The position numbers and the translations under genes were made by a program. A stretch of DNA of 64,000 bases, from contig CP089276.1 in assembly GCA_023920165.1 (NCBI GenBank), positions 2,170,001-2,234,000 on the forward strand, read 5' to 3'. The notes beneath the pieces are model-generated. The model saw only the letters and a program-made list of their open reading frames with translations. It was not told where the DNA came from and did no database searches. Source of the stretch: Curvularia clavata (lineage: Eukaryota). Below, piece after piece: positions 45,966 through 58,696 of this stretch; position 1 is the first letter of the stretch; every line of letters begins with the position of its first letter.

Positions 45966-47272
45966 TTACAAACACAATACACTCGCGACTCTAACCCCCA
46001 AATCTAGCACAGCCAGATGCTCGTCCCCACCATCCACCAGTCTTTTATCCGTTTCGCTGAACACAGCCGCTAACCGTACTTTCTTGACGTCCTCTACTCT
46101 CTCATCGAACATGATCTGTTCGTACAACTGGGTAACTGTCTGCGCTGCACTCCACCCTTCTGCAACCATATTCTCGACAACTTTTGCAATCTCATTATAC
46201 CGTATTGACTTTGCAGTCGCGGATTTCGGAAAGAGGGACTCGGTGAAGGAAGATAGCGTAGCTGGAGGGAGAACGCCTGCGATTTCGGCAATGGTGGGGA
46301 GAGATACAGATGGCTGTGCTGATGTGGCAGAGTCGATGTCCATTTCGTCGTCGTCGGGAACCGCAGTGCGCTTCTTTCCCTTTTTGCCCCCTCCTTGTGC
46401 TTGTATAGCGCCTACGAGTCGCGCAGCCGATTGTAAGAAAGTAATCGCCTTTCGCAAGTCGCCGTCTGCAACGCGCACCAGTTCCTCTGCGACACCCTCG
46501 TCAAGACGCACATTCTCCAGTGCAGCAATGTCGCTGACGCGCTTGACGGCGTTTCCTTGGTCTAGGCTCTTGAAGCGGAATTTGGAACAGCGCGATGCGA
46601 GCGGGTCGATGATTCGCGTGACGTAGTTGCATACTAGACAGAATCTCGTCATTCGACTGTACGTCTCCATGGTTCGACGCAGTGCCGATTGCGCATCTTG
46701 TGTCATGCTGTCTGCCTCGTCAAGAACGATGATTTTGAACGGCGGACAAGGATACTTGTCCCTATACCGCACCATGCCTCCCTCTCCAGTCCCGCTCTTG
46801 TCCTCTACCATGACGTTGTATGTCGGAGCAACACTCAGTTGTTGTCTGGCAAAGTCCTTTACTTTTTGTCGTACAATACTGATGCCACGTTCGTCTGAAG
46901 CATTCAGTTCGAGCACGCGTGTCTTCATGAGGTCGGGACCGTACAGCTCCTTGGCGAGAGCGAGGATGGTGGAGGTTTTTCCTGTTCCTGGAGGGCCGTA
47001 GAAGAGCATGTGGGGTAGGTTGGAGGATTGCATTGTACGAGAGAGGACTTGGATAGTATTGTCCTGAGCTGTAACTTCGGACAGCGTCTTGGGCCGGCTA
47101 TAATCGTTGTTAGTCTTAGATCTCTGAGCCGACAGCATGTAGGAGGGGTGGTGTACTATTTCTCGACCCATGGCTGCAGGCGATTGGGTTCTTGCTTTGT
47201 TGTAGGGGCTTTTGATGAGCTCGCCTGTGCGGCGGCTTGTTGCCGGGCCTTAATGTTGAAGAAGTCGGCCAT
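45966..47272 (-). CDS. RFC2: Replication factor C small subunit (yeast Rfc2 / human RFC4)
   Basis: QPWVEKYRPK, LPHMLFYGPPGTGKTS, LELNASDERGI, IIVLDEADSMTQDAQSALRRTME, SRC, GDLRKAI; intron 47098-47156. Confidence 0.95.
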
Positions 47273-47326
47273 TGTCGCTTGTTGTGTCTGCGTTGAAGTT
47301 GCGCGGAGGTGGAGAGCTAAAGTGCG

Positions 47327-47350
47327 ACGCGTCGACGCGAACTCACGAAA
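47327..47350. promoter_or_regulatory. MCB/SCB cluster upstream of RFC2
   Basis: ACGCGT 47327-32, ACGCGA 47335-40 and CACGAAA 47344-50, 55-80 nt upstream of the ATG of a DNA-replication gene. Confidence 0.6.
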
Positions 47351-47660
47351 CCACGTTATTGCCGACCGTGCGGTGGCTCACCAACCATTTCGTCACCACT
47401 GCACATAGATCCTCATGCCATTGGGCTTTATCAGAGTATATTGTGAATTATTTGGTCTATCATCGAACAATACAATTCGCTGCTCATTTCGCGAAGGTGT
47501 ACCGAACACATGCGTGCCTTGCTCATATTGAGTGCATCCTGTTCATCGATTCCGCATGCCATCATAACCTAGCGTTCTGCCGTGCCATCCATCATCGGTC
47601 GAGATTGGTACCTATGGTATGAAGGGTCACGCCTCAGGAGCCAGACTAGATGTATCTAAT

Positions 47661-49723
47661 CTACTTCCCATTCAGCCTAACCCCCTTAACGCGCTTAGCC
47701 AACTGTACTGAATCGGAATCTGAGCCGTAGGAGGACTGTCGCATCGTACGCTGGTGCTCCAGGGGAAGAGGTGCTGCGGCCCCCCTACTGGCTGATTGGG
47801 AGGGAGATGGAGATTGATAAGAACGTTTCGGGGGGCGCTCACCACTTTCTTTAAGAATAGTTAGAAGAGTTGCCCAGCCACCAGTATGTTGGAGTGCTGA
47901 GCCTTCTGAGGTATCGCGCGTTGATGCAACCTTGAAGAGAAGTGACTCCTCGTCCTTTCAATCAAGTCAGCAGGTATCGAAACCACTGGGAGGGAAAACG
48001 CACCTTGGACAAGATACCCAAGCTATGGATGAAGCATAGCATATGGAAGTTTGAGATTGTGTTCAGGCCGCTATTAGTATTGAGCGCCAGGCCGTTTGCC
48101 TTGGCATTGAGAGCTTTGCTGAGGTGCGTAATCTCGGGCATTTCGCCCATAGCTTCGCGGTTCTCGATAGGAAACTTGCCGCCAGTAAAAAGCGGATTTG
48201 GCTGAGTAGGGAAACCGTGAGTAAGTGTAAGAAGCAAGTACTCAACTGGAAAGTCAGGTCTAGCAATTTCCTGTACGTTTGCGCCGTGTTCGTTGATCTT
48301 TCGGTAGAAAACTTCAGGAATGTACCGCGTGCGGTTGAGGGCTTCGTTTTCCTCTTCTGACTGAACCAGCATGACCTTAGGCTCGGCTGAAGGTTCAATG
48401 ATATCAGCGCGCACCATCTCAACAGCATCATTCGATACTTGGTAAGATGAGATGCCAATCTGGCCCTGGTCGTCGCCGCTAATGACGCAAGTTACAAAGT
48501 TGGATCCATGCCGACCGGTGTCGCTCCATTTTGACGGCCGGGGGTATTTTGCCTGATACCGCGCTGCGAAGCAAACCTCCAAGGAAGACAAGTAGTAGGA
48601 GTCCATGTGTCGCTTGCAGACAACGGAGCCGTCGCCTTTGTTTGCGTCGAGTAGATCGGTAAAGATGACACCAACCCGCTGCAGGCCGCACTGTGCAGCA
48701 ATGTCATCAATCTCCTGCTCGTTGTTCCAGTCACCCAACGAGATGCCGTCTACTTCATTGACCTGTGGCGGCTCATAGATGGTCTCAACCACAGCCTTTG
48801 TCCCCAGCGGCACTTCGGTATACTCCTCGTATCTGCCATACAGAAATCCTAATCTCTGACAGCCAGTTTGCCTCCAGAAGTTGATAAAATCATCAACAAC
48901 CTGTATCGATGCAAACTCGACATGGTCTACCATGCGGTATTCTTGCGGCTTGAGGGATATGGCGCTGGGCATGCACTTTGTGCAGATACCTTCTGGGAAC
49001 GGCTTGTGTCCCGATGGACAGTTGGGTCGTACGCGGTAGTAGGGCTCCGTCAGAGGAGGAATATAAGAGCTTCCGAGCTCTGGCCTGTTCTTCGCCGAGT
49101 TGACTTTGCGCAGGTATGAATGGAAAGAAAGATGCTTGATCTTCTTCTCTGCCAGATATTCAGGCGAGTAGGGTTCCAGCGGCATGCAATAGTCGCACAT
49201 ACCCTTCGGTCCGTGAGAGCACATGCGGGCGTCGCGTTTGCGGGGAATCTTGCCATCTTGCCTGTCCAGTCTGTCGTCGAGTGGCGATTGTCTGACCACT
49301 TCCCATGGGTTCTTTATGATTTGGGTGGAGGAGTCGAGGGGTACAGAGGGGGTTTCGCTGGCTTGGACGGGTTTGCCATTCAGTCGCGCGCTGCCCGACG
49401 TAGCTGTAATAGGACCATTCGATGAGGCAGACTGCTCTTCAAAAGAGAGAAACAGCTGTGCACCATTTCTGCAGATGTGTGAGTTGCGACTTGAAGCTTA
49501 AGCAAGCTACTTACGACAGTCCCACTTGTTTGAAGCTCACACCCTTGAGTTCAGCAAGTTTCCTGGCGTCGCCTCCCTGTGGACGGTTGCTGACCGTGAT
49601 GCTCTGGAGATCGACATTCTTGGGAAGCCTCTCGGCGACCTGAGGGATAATGTCTGGAAAAGTGTCCTCGGGCTGAACCGTTAACCTGAATTGGCCTTCT
49701 TTGCTAACGAACCTAAGTATCAT
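47661..49723 (-). CDS. NPL4: Nuclear protein localization protein 4 (Cdc48-Ufd1-Npl4 cofactor)
   Basis: MILRF start, [59 protein letters not shown]; introns 49469-49514 and 47955-48003; TAG 47661-63. Confidence 0.95.
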
Positions 49724-50204
49724 GGCGGGACACTCTCAGTTATGTAAACAGGGTAAGTGGGTTGGGCTGTCGGGCAGATGTTGGAAAACTAGGATTAGAG
49801 GTTGCAGGAAGAGAAAGAGGTGTAGGTAGAAGCACAGATGGGTATGAATGGAGAGTGGTTGTAGATTGATTACACACAGGCAGTCGGAAGGCGTCGAAGG
49901 CGGCAGAATGACGCGCGCGACGTTAGCGCACACCCTGGTTGCAGGCACCGCGCGGGCACCCGGACATTTACCGAGTTACGAACTGGCCAGATATTCTATC
50001 GATAAGTGAGAACATCGCGAGCGCATTCTGTTGCAACTTGGCCTTCACCCTCCCTCCAACTGTATCTCACTTCTGAGGACACCGCCGCTCCTTGAGGACA
50101 TCCACGCCCAACAGCTACCACCTCTTGCAACGTGTCCCGCCCGTCAAAGACATCGCCTTTATTGCAGTCGTCCCGGTGCCCTCAGCTAGCACTCACCACC
50201 CAAA

Positions 50205-50908
50205 ATGTGGCCCTTCGACCTCGTCGACTGGGTTATGCTCACTGTGCCCATCGCCTACATCGGTATACTTGCGGGCTCTTTTGGCGTCTTCACAAGTCTT
50301 TACCGCAAACGACAGGCTGCCAACGCCGCATCTCTTGAGCCCTGGTTCCCCACCCACCTTCAGCGCAATGTCTACCTCTCCCTACTCCACATGGAGGAGC
50401 CCAAGGTCCCAGACAGCATCCTGAAGGCTGCCTTACTGCGTCGGGCAACCGAGGACATCCACCGAATTGTTCAGATTAGGAATGCGAAGCAGGCGCTGCA
50501 GATCTTGTTGCAGAGGGGTAGTGTGGGGGATGACTTGTGGCAGAGGTTCCAGCGCGCTGAGAAAGAGATCGAGGAGGAGCTCAGGGACGTCGTCAATGAG
50601 GTGAGTTTGTACAGCCGAGCGTGAAGCATGAATGGCTTCATGACACTCTTTATATAAACTGACAATCTCTCCAGGCCAACGCATTCGTACCTAACTGGGG
50701 TCAAACCATCTTCCAATCAGCCTCTGAAATGGCCCAGAACAACCACATCCGCGAGCGCCTGGCTGAGATTGAGGCAAAGGTCCCCGCTGAGAAGGAGTGG
50801 TGGGAGAACCGCAGAGCCGGCATCCAGTCGGAATTCATGAAAGAGCTGGATGACGAGAAGGCCAAGAGCGAGGAGGACGCTGTGATGGTGGAGAAGGCCA
50901 AGCACTGA
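50205..50908 (+). CDS. SEC66: Sec62/63 complex subunit Sec66 (Sec71)
   Basis: N-terminal transmembrane segment, SLYRKR, LKAALLRRATEDI, LLQRGSVGDDLW, PNWGQTIFQSA; intron 50601-50674. Confidence 0.9.
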
Positions 50909-51285
50909 GTGTTTCTTTTTTGTGGTATGGTGTGTTTCGGGCTCTAATTCATGTACGTTTTTCGCAATAGGGATAAGATATAGGTATAGTGAGAGACAGA
51001 GGGGCTTTGGCGTTTCAAGCATCCAAGAGGCGCATTATCTAGACGATTGCACTCAACGGCGTCGTAGGCGCAAATACCATGTTTCAACTTGTTCAAAATG
51101 CTAATTGCAGTGCTACCGAACGCCAGTAATCCCATAGAGTACATGCTACTACGATCCGCTCATCAAACCAACGGCTTCAATACAACATATGTACGAGCCT
51201 GAACTTGTGCAGTCCAACCAAATCTTCTCGCCGATTGTTCATCCATCACGACTAATGTTCCATCTCTTACATGTCATCTTCCTCC

Positions 51286-52539
51286 TTACTTCCTTGCGGT
51301 AGGTCCGCTGACACCAGCACCAATGACGCTAGGTAGTTCCTCGGAACCCATTGAATAAAGCATACCAATACCAGCAGAGACGAGGAATGCCAGAATGACA
51401 CCGCTGCCAACAAAGAGCCAGAACTGAACCGAGATGTCCTTCTTCTGGCAGGCGGGACCTCCCCAGTAGGTGACCTTCTTCTTCGACTCCATACCTTTGT
51501 CTTCGCCAACATGCTGGACTGTAGCTTTGCAGGCACATCCATAGCAGTCCACCGTCTCCTGGTTGGACCCAGAGCCGCGACCCTTGTGGAGAAGTGTGCA
51601 CTCGCCGTGGCTGGAGCAGTTGTGAGTCTGGCTCTGGCAAGCATCCATCGATTTGAAACAGACGGGAAGAATGCCGCGCACAGGACCTTTCTTGTTCTTC
51701 TTGCCGTCGGCCTGAGCAATGACAGGGAAATCCTCAAGATCAGGTACCTTGGAAGTTGAGGGAATGGCGGAGAGGACGGCTTCTGGGTTTTGGCGACGCG
51801 CCTCCATGGGTGGAACATCATAGGTACCCCAAGGGTTGGCGGCGCGCTTAGACTTTGAGGCTGAGCGTGGCATCATGACGACAGTCGTAGAGAAACCCTT
51901 CTCTCCTGCCTTCTTGTTGATGTTGCTAAGCACCTGGGCAAGCTCCTCTGGTGTCATCTTACTGTTCTTGTCGGTGCGCCACATGTTGAGGTAGCCATTA
52001 TAAGCCTCCGACTTGCTCTTTGGTGGGAGAGCCGATTCAATCTCGAAGTTGGACTTGTATGTTTGTTGCTGGGGGTCTGGGTGTTCTGGTAGCGACTCAG
52101 CCTGCACGATAAAGTCCTGGATAAGACGATCGTTGTCAGACGCAGATGGCGCAGCGGATATAGCAAAGTCCAGTGTACGATCCGATCCGTCGTTGATGAT
52201 GACTGGAAGCTCGAGTTAGCCAGCAGCTCTCTCCCTAGGACATGTTCGCTGTCGTCTATGCCCACCTGTTGGCTCGTCTTGCTCTGCATCCTCTGCCCAG
52301 ACTAAGAGATGCGCCCTGGAAATTCCCGCGTTGTCTGCTCCGAAAAGCGTTTGTCGCTTTCCTCCATACGTGTTGATGTGGTGAAGCGTGTCGGCATCTG
52401 CGTGCTCGAGCGAGTGGAATCGCGACAGGCCCAGGCGTTGGGCAATGATGAGACGCGCTGTCTCTGGGTTGACGGTTGGTCGAGCTGCAAGCACGGCGCA
52501 GGATAGTGATGAGGCGACAAACGCCCCGGATAGCTTCAT
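51286..52539 (-). CDS. DUF3844-family type I membrane protein (vacuolar/ER)
   Basis: Signal peptide, ARLIIAQRLGLS, EGF-like C..THNCSSHGEC..CYGCAC, WGGPACQKKDIS, transmembrane segment, ELPSVIGAGV; intron 52203-52265. Confidence 0.85.
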
Positions 52540-52810
52540 CGTGGCTGATGGGTTGGGGTTGGAGAGATTCGTTGCTGCGGCGGCGATGATGCAGTCGCCG
52601 GCCAAGCTGAGACCTACCTACCTAGAACTCGGAAGTTGCCTCACCTACCTCCGAGCCTATCGCCTGCAAACCACCACAGCACGGCACTATCTTTGCTCAC
52701 GACATGCGGTATATCCTGCATTTGGCCAGTCTTGCCTACATTGCTTGAGCCTGCGCTGCGCCTTCATGTCTCTTCCTTTCTCCCAAAGGCATTCGTAACA
52801 TACGCTTGCC

Positions 52811-54129
52811 ATGTTCAGGCCACTGTTGCTTCGGCGCAACTTCTCCCTCTTGAACAGAGTACCGCATTCGCAGATAGTACAATCAGCTGCCCGGAATGGC
52901 CACGACAGTATTATAATTCAGCGAGTGCGTATACGCCGACCTTTCTTTAGAAAAACGTGAGTAGCCTCACAAGCCAAGCCCCTTCACATGCTAATCCACT
53001 TCGCAGGCGTTTGGTCGGCACAGTCGCCATTGCTGCGGCAACCTACGGTCTCGCACAGTACTTGGGCTTGGAAGTAGGGATTGAGGAGATAGAAGAGGGC
53101 AGCCATGCGGGGCGGTCGGCGAGTTCTGAGCAAGATGGGTGGGAAGTGGCTGGCACAGCAGATGACGAGGAAGACGAGGAAGACGATGCCATTCTATTCC
53201 TACCCACAGGCTTTGCGCGACCAGGACCCAGGACCTTTTACAAGGGCTCGGATCCAGAATGGCAGGCGTTCAAGCAGATAGCGAACGATCGCTCCAGGGT
53301 CATCAAAATACGACGTAAGCACGACACTGTGGAAGAGTAGTCACTGGCCGCTGACAAGAGAACAGGCGAGTTGATATCCATGATACGCACTCAAATGGCG
53401 AAGAGACCGGTGTGGATTTCTCGCCTTGGAAAGATTGATCCTGACAAGGGCATAGCATGGATCGAATTTGAGTTTCCACTCGGCCCTCCAATCCAGTACG
53501 AGCGTCCAGGCATCGAACTTACTGACAGCCTGGAATGGCGCCGGGCAACACGCCCGGTTGAGGATGCCCATCGTCGGAGGTTAGACAAGATATTCTATCC
53601 CAAAGAAACGGCAGTTGCTCTTTACAATGATACAGCAAGGAAAACAAAAAAGGCATGGCAGAACTTCAAGATCAACATGGGCTGGGACCAGGAGTCCAAA
53701 TCAGAGACGGTCCAGGAAATTGTCCAACGCATAGGTGCTAACCGCCAGTCTAATGGCCAAGCCACAAGCATAGCCACAAATCCTTTCTCGGCCTCTGCAA
53801 ATGATACCCAGCAGGCGAGAGTCTCCCCATCAGCCGCGCCCGTTGATGGGCCTGCAAGCATAGGCTTCGTCCTGCCCAATCCAAAGGACATGACCCTAGA
53901 CCTCACACAATTCCGCACTTCATTGGGTGCAGTTCTTTCGCAAATCAAAGGAGAGCCTCCCCGTGGTACCTTCACGATCAAGGGTCTTGTAGAGGTTCAC
54001 GGCGAGTTCGCTCGCATAACAGTCAATGTCGTTGGTGTATACGACCCAAAGACAGGTCAATATGTGGCCATGAACATGACCCCATATTCATATGCCCGAC
54101 ACAGACAGGCTCCGCGCGGCGGGCCCTAG
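52811..54129 (+). CDS. Hypothetical protein with mitochondrial-presequence-like N-terminus and one transmembrane segment
   Basis: MFRPLLLRRNFSLLNRVPHS (Arg-rich, acid-free); FLPTGF..FYKGSDPEW motif; introns 52957-53006 and 53315-53365 join three ORF segments in frame. Confidence 0.7.
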
Positions 54130-56949
54130 GTCGGGCCCCGTCGTTAAATGCATTATCCCGGCGTAAATGGAGAGTTCTTGGGCGCTAGATACCCATGCAT
54201 GGTCGGCGTCAAGTTTGCGTACAGGCATATGTATGAGCGTATGAGCTCTTGGAGGTATACTGTCATTTTTAGATTGCGTAGCCCTTTAGCGTTTACTGAC
54301 GATACGGAATGGACTCTTCAAAGCTCTATGTTTGACATGTTTGTATGCCATACACTTGTTTTCTGCATGTGTGCTCTCAGTCTAGATACCTGCAATGATT
54401 AAGAGGAACCGGGACTGTTACACGTGCCATACGCTTTGAGGCGCAGTGCTGTGGCTGGCTGTGACTGGTCAATGCTCTATTTAGACCATATGTATTCTGA
54501 CTGTAGATCCGAATGTTTAGGTACTCGGTTGTAGCGTATGGCGCACCGGCACAGCCAGCGGACCGCTTCTCTCTTAATTTGTTATTTCTCGGAGCATTCA
54601 TCGTTGTTACTTGACCAAGACATGAAGCTTCAAGCAAATAGTCGTACGACTATGCTATGGTCCTGCAAAGTGGTAAAAAGAAGGTCTCAGGGCGATATCG
54701 GCTGGCCTAAATACTTGCAGTGCAGTACAGCCTATGAGCCGGCAGCCTTGCTGCTGAACACTATAACTGGCTGATTTTTGAATCCTATATCGTTGTCACG
54801 AGTGGTCCGATCTCGTATGCATTGGCAGTGGGTTCCGATGGGCTCCAGTGGCTCCGATGGCATCGTATACACAAGCACTGATTCTTCGTGTTGTGATGCT
54901 TGGACCGTCTTCATGATCCAACTTGGATGCGCGTGCATTAGACATTGCCACCGGGGTCAAGGCATATAAAGTACGATATAGAATTCCAGCTGGAGGTGTC
55001 GCTTTGACCTTGAGGGCCAGGGATGAAGAAAATTACGCTTTGTCCTCGTTGATGACCGAACGTCTACGGGGAATATCACGAGATCTAGGTGAGAGATCGA
55101 GTCGCACTAGTAAGTGCCGTGCTTTTTTTCCAGGTTATATGTAAAATGCATATTGCAAGCAAAATCCTGCCGAACCTCACGAATAGATGTTGTACAGCCG
55201 CATCTGACGTATGTCTTCAGGCCAACGTCGTAATGTATTGCCACATCAGTTATGGTCGATACCACATGCGTCCTCTAACACTTCCCCTTAAGGAAAAGGG
55301 CCGAAGTGGGCATGCATCCGCTCGCCCCGACCTTCCTCTTTACGCCAAGCAAGGCTCGTCAGGGGAAGTGTAGTATAGCTTTGAATCAAGAAGGGGCGTT
55401 AGGGTGGAGGCGAAAATAACCCCTACAAAGAATTATCAAAAGTTCCAGAATTCTTGGCCAGCGCGATTTGGCGGGACCCAGTGTCTCTTGTGCAGCCCCC
55501 CAAGTAGACAGTATTGGTACTGGTTGTAAGCGAGTCACGCATCTAGCCGCCGAGTAATCCTAAGACCGCACTCCGTGAGCAAGCAAGCGCTTTCAAATGA
55601 GCAAACAAGTGACAAGGTTTGGTGTGAAACGAGCCGAGGCTTGGATCGGCCAAGACTTTGAAGCAGATGTACCTGACAGCATGTCAGATCCATGAGAAGA
55701 CGTAAGCCCTTTCGCTAATACGATACGCCTGGCCGAGTAATTGATCAAGCCCAGATTACTAAAAGATCTCGACCTTTCAGAGTCCCCACAGTGACAGCAC
55801 TTCTCCACCGACAACGGGGAACTAGGAAAGGGATCCTTCTGTCATGTTGGGAGCGCCACGTAAACGCCAGAACAGCAAGTAGGCGTACCGCTGAGCTGCC
55901 ACCCAAGGCACTTTTCAAGCGCCCGTCCAGTGGGCTTGGCGGATGATCGCGGTCCGGTACGCCACATTAGTACTGTTTCCACTACGAACAAGTGACAAAT
56001 GTACAATGGTAGATTGGATTTGTTGGAGAAATGAAATTTTTGCGTTGCTCAAGACCCAGGTAAAGAAAAAAAAGTCGGATGTGGGGATAGCCGTAGTTTC
56101 CGTTCAGAACCAAGGCGCCTGCAAGAAAAAAAGTGGTCTGGCTGACAGCATCTAGGACGGCGTGGTGGTATGTAAGGCGTGGGCTGAAGCGCCTGGAACG
56201 GAAGTAGATCGGCGACGGGACGTTGGTTTTGCCGGATGACGTCTTTCCTTAAGTAGCTAGCTCGACTCGCTAACATGGTAGTTTGCAGGCTAGAATCGTC
56301 GTCAGCGAGTGTCCTTGATTCGGAGGGGATTGCCCGACTTCGTACCTGCGGCCGTACCTGCGTGAGCACTTTTTAGCCTGGCCATGGCCTTGCGCTAGAC
56401 ACTCCCAACGTCTTTCCACCCAGCCCACTGTCCTGCAAAAGCCTTTTCGTGCATATGCCGCGGGACTCTACGTGGCCCCAGCAACTCGGCGACCGACAGT
56501 GCACCACTTCCGTCGTGATTCGACCATGTCGGACATGTAATTTCCACAAAGTCTTAGCTGGCATAGCCCTACCGGAATTGACGAATGGCCATACCCCACA
56601 GCCGGCGCCAGCACACCGGGCTATCGGGGCGTGCGGGAGAGACGATCTTATCACACGTGTGAATGTGTCGTCGGGGTTGGCACCAAGTCTTGGTTGAAAC
56701 ACTGCATCTGGGCAAGATTGGCCCCATGGGAGGGCTTACGCCGTGTGCTGTTCCCGCATCTGCTGTGGGCCTTTGAAAAAAACGCCTCGTCTTGGTTCAT
56801 TCTTTATAAGTAGGGACGTTTCTGCCCCGGGTTGATCAGCCAGCTCTGCTTTCAGCACTCAGTCTTTCCTTTGACAACTTTGTCTACCCACGCTCTTGTT
56901 AGCACCCCACATTCCTTCTTGGACCCTTAAGGCATCACACTCTTTCAGT

Positions 56950-57762
56950 ATGCTTACCTCGACCTTCATTATGGCCCTTGCTGGCCTATCAACCCTCACT
57001 GAGGCCTCCCCTCTTCTGCCCCGCGGTGGTGGCAAGCGGGGTCTTGCTTTCCCGAAGCAACACAACGGCGTTCCCGGATCCCAGTGGACTCACATGCTTG
57101 CCGACTCTTCCAAGATCACGTGGATGTACGACTGGGAGGCAGTTATTGATGGCAATGCCCCTGATCTTGAATACGTTCCTCTACTCCACTCCAACCAAGA
57201 CTGGTGCGCCTCAACCTGGGCCAACAATGTTGCCAATGCCCGCAAGAACTACAAGGTCTCACATATCCTGAGCTTCAACGAGCCCGACCAAGTCGGTGGC
57301 GGAGGTAGCAACATGGACGTTGGAACTGCCGTTGATACCCACAAGCGTCTTATTCAGCCCCTGGCTAGTGAGGGTCTCCGTATCGGCTCGCCAGCCGTTA
57401 CCAACGCCAATGAGCCCAACAAGGGAATCAACTGGCTCAAGTCCTTCATGAGCGGCTGCAGTGACTGCCAAATCGACTTTGTCGTCGCTCACTACTACGC
57501 CTGGGACAAGCCCCAAGATTTCAAGGACTACCTCACCAAGTTCCACGACACCTTCAACAAGCCCGTCTGGGTCACCGAGTTTGGTGTCACTGAGGGCAAC
57601 GCCGACAAGTTCCTCCAGGATGTTCTTCCCTGGCTCGACGCCCAGCCCTGGATCGAGCGCTACGCCTACCACATGGTTGCTCCTAGCGACGCCAACCAGT
57701 ACCTCATCAGTGCTGACGGAGCAAGCCTCTCCAACGCTGGCCGTGTCTACGCTACTGCGTAA
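56950..57762 (+). CDS. Secreted GH128 (Asl1-like) beta-1,3-glucanase
   Basis: Signal peptide, KRGLAF, WMYDW, LSFNEPD, IDFVVAHYY, KPVWVTEFG, WLDAQPWIERYAY; intronless; TATA-like at about 56805. Confidence 0.9.
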   Translation: MLTSTFIMALAGLSTLTEASPLLPRGGGKRGLAFPKQHNGVPGSQWTHMLADSSKITWMYDWEAVIDGNAPDLEYVPLLHSNQDWCASTWANNVANARKNYKVSHILSFNEPDQVGGGGSNMDVGTAVDTHKRLIQPLASEGLRIGSPAVTNANEPNKGINWLKSFMSGCSDCQIDFVVAHYYAWDKPQDFKDYLTKFHDTFNKPVWVTEFGVTEGNADKFLQDVLPWLDAQPWIERYAYHMVAPSDANQYLISADGASLSNAGRVYATA

Positions 57763-58696
57763 AAAGCTTCACGTATCGCATGACGACTTTTTTTACTCTT
57801 TCGATACGTAAATGACGATGTTACGACCCGTCTCATTCTTATCATTCTTTTTCCATCATTTTACCCTTTCTCTTCTTGTCAGATACCATTTTCCAATATT
57901 GTTCTTCAGACGCTATGTCTAAATACCCAAGAACAATATTAGATTCAAATTCATTTTTTAACCATTACAATCCGATCTTCTTTGTGACTGCATCGTGATA
58001 AGACGTCCCATACCACAGTGTAGGTTTCTTCTTGCTTACTGGATAAAAGAAAGGTAATTAAACTTAGTGACGCCATACACCTGACACACCTGCTTCCATT
58101 GTCCAATTACATCAAATCTTTTTTTCTGATTTTTTTTTCTCCCCCCTCCATCTCTTTCAAGCACACACCCACATACCATGCACGGACCACATCAATATCT
58201 TACAGAGATTTAAAAAAAGAAAGCTCATATCGATACGGAAGCAGGGAAAGGGCTCCGAAAGAAGCAAAACAACGTGCATATATGAAGTGATCGGATGAGG
58301 CAGAAAACGAATGAGCTCAGAGAAGCAAAGTGTGCGCGCGTGCGCGATGAAGGACACGTGCATAATGTCTATGCAGGCGTAGCTGAGTGAAGAGAGTCGT
58401 GATGATTCTATTCGTATGTTGGGGATTCGTCCTCAATGGAATATACACTGTAGCCGTTATATGCTTAATTTAAGTGCATAGTAATATAGATGTGAGGAAA
58501 CGTAGGTACATCATTCTAGTCAATTCACTGAAAACTAGCAACCTATATTACCCATCTGATCTCGAGATGAATCTACCCTTTTGCGATGTCTAATGTTCCA
58601 ACACCTTGAACACCACCAATGGTAGTAATCTCAAGTGCTTATGACGTCGCGCTATTGCATATGTGTTGTACAAAAATTTCACCTCTAGCGAGCCCG

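Noticed and set aside
47560..47845. Alternative NPL4 terminal exon (GTGAGC donor-like site after KESG) encoding an NZF zinc finger
   Set aside because: No W-x-C-x-x-C-T coding sequence downstream; the nearest acceptor gives only a few residues
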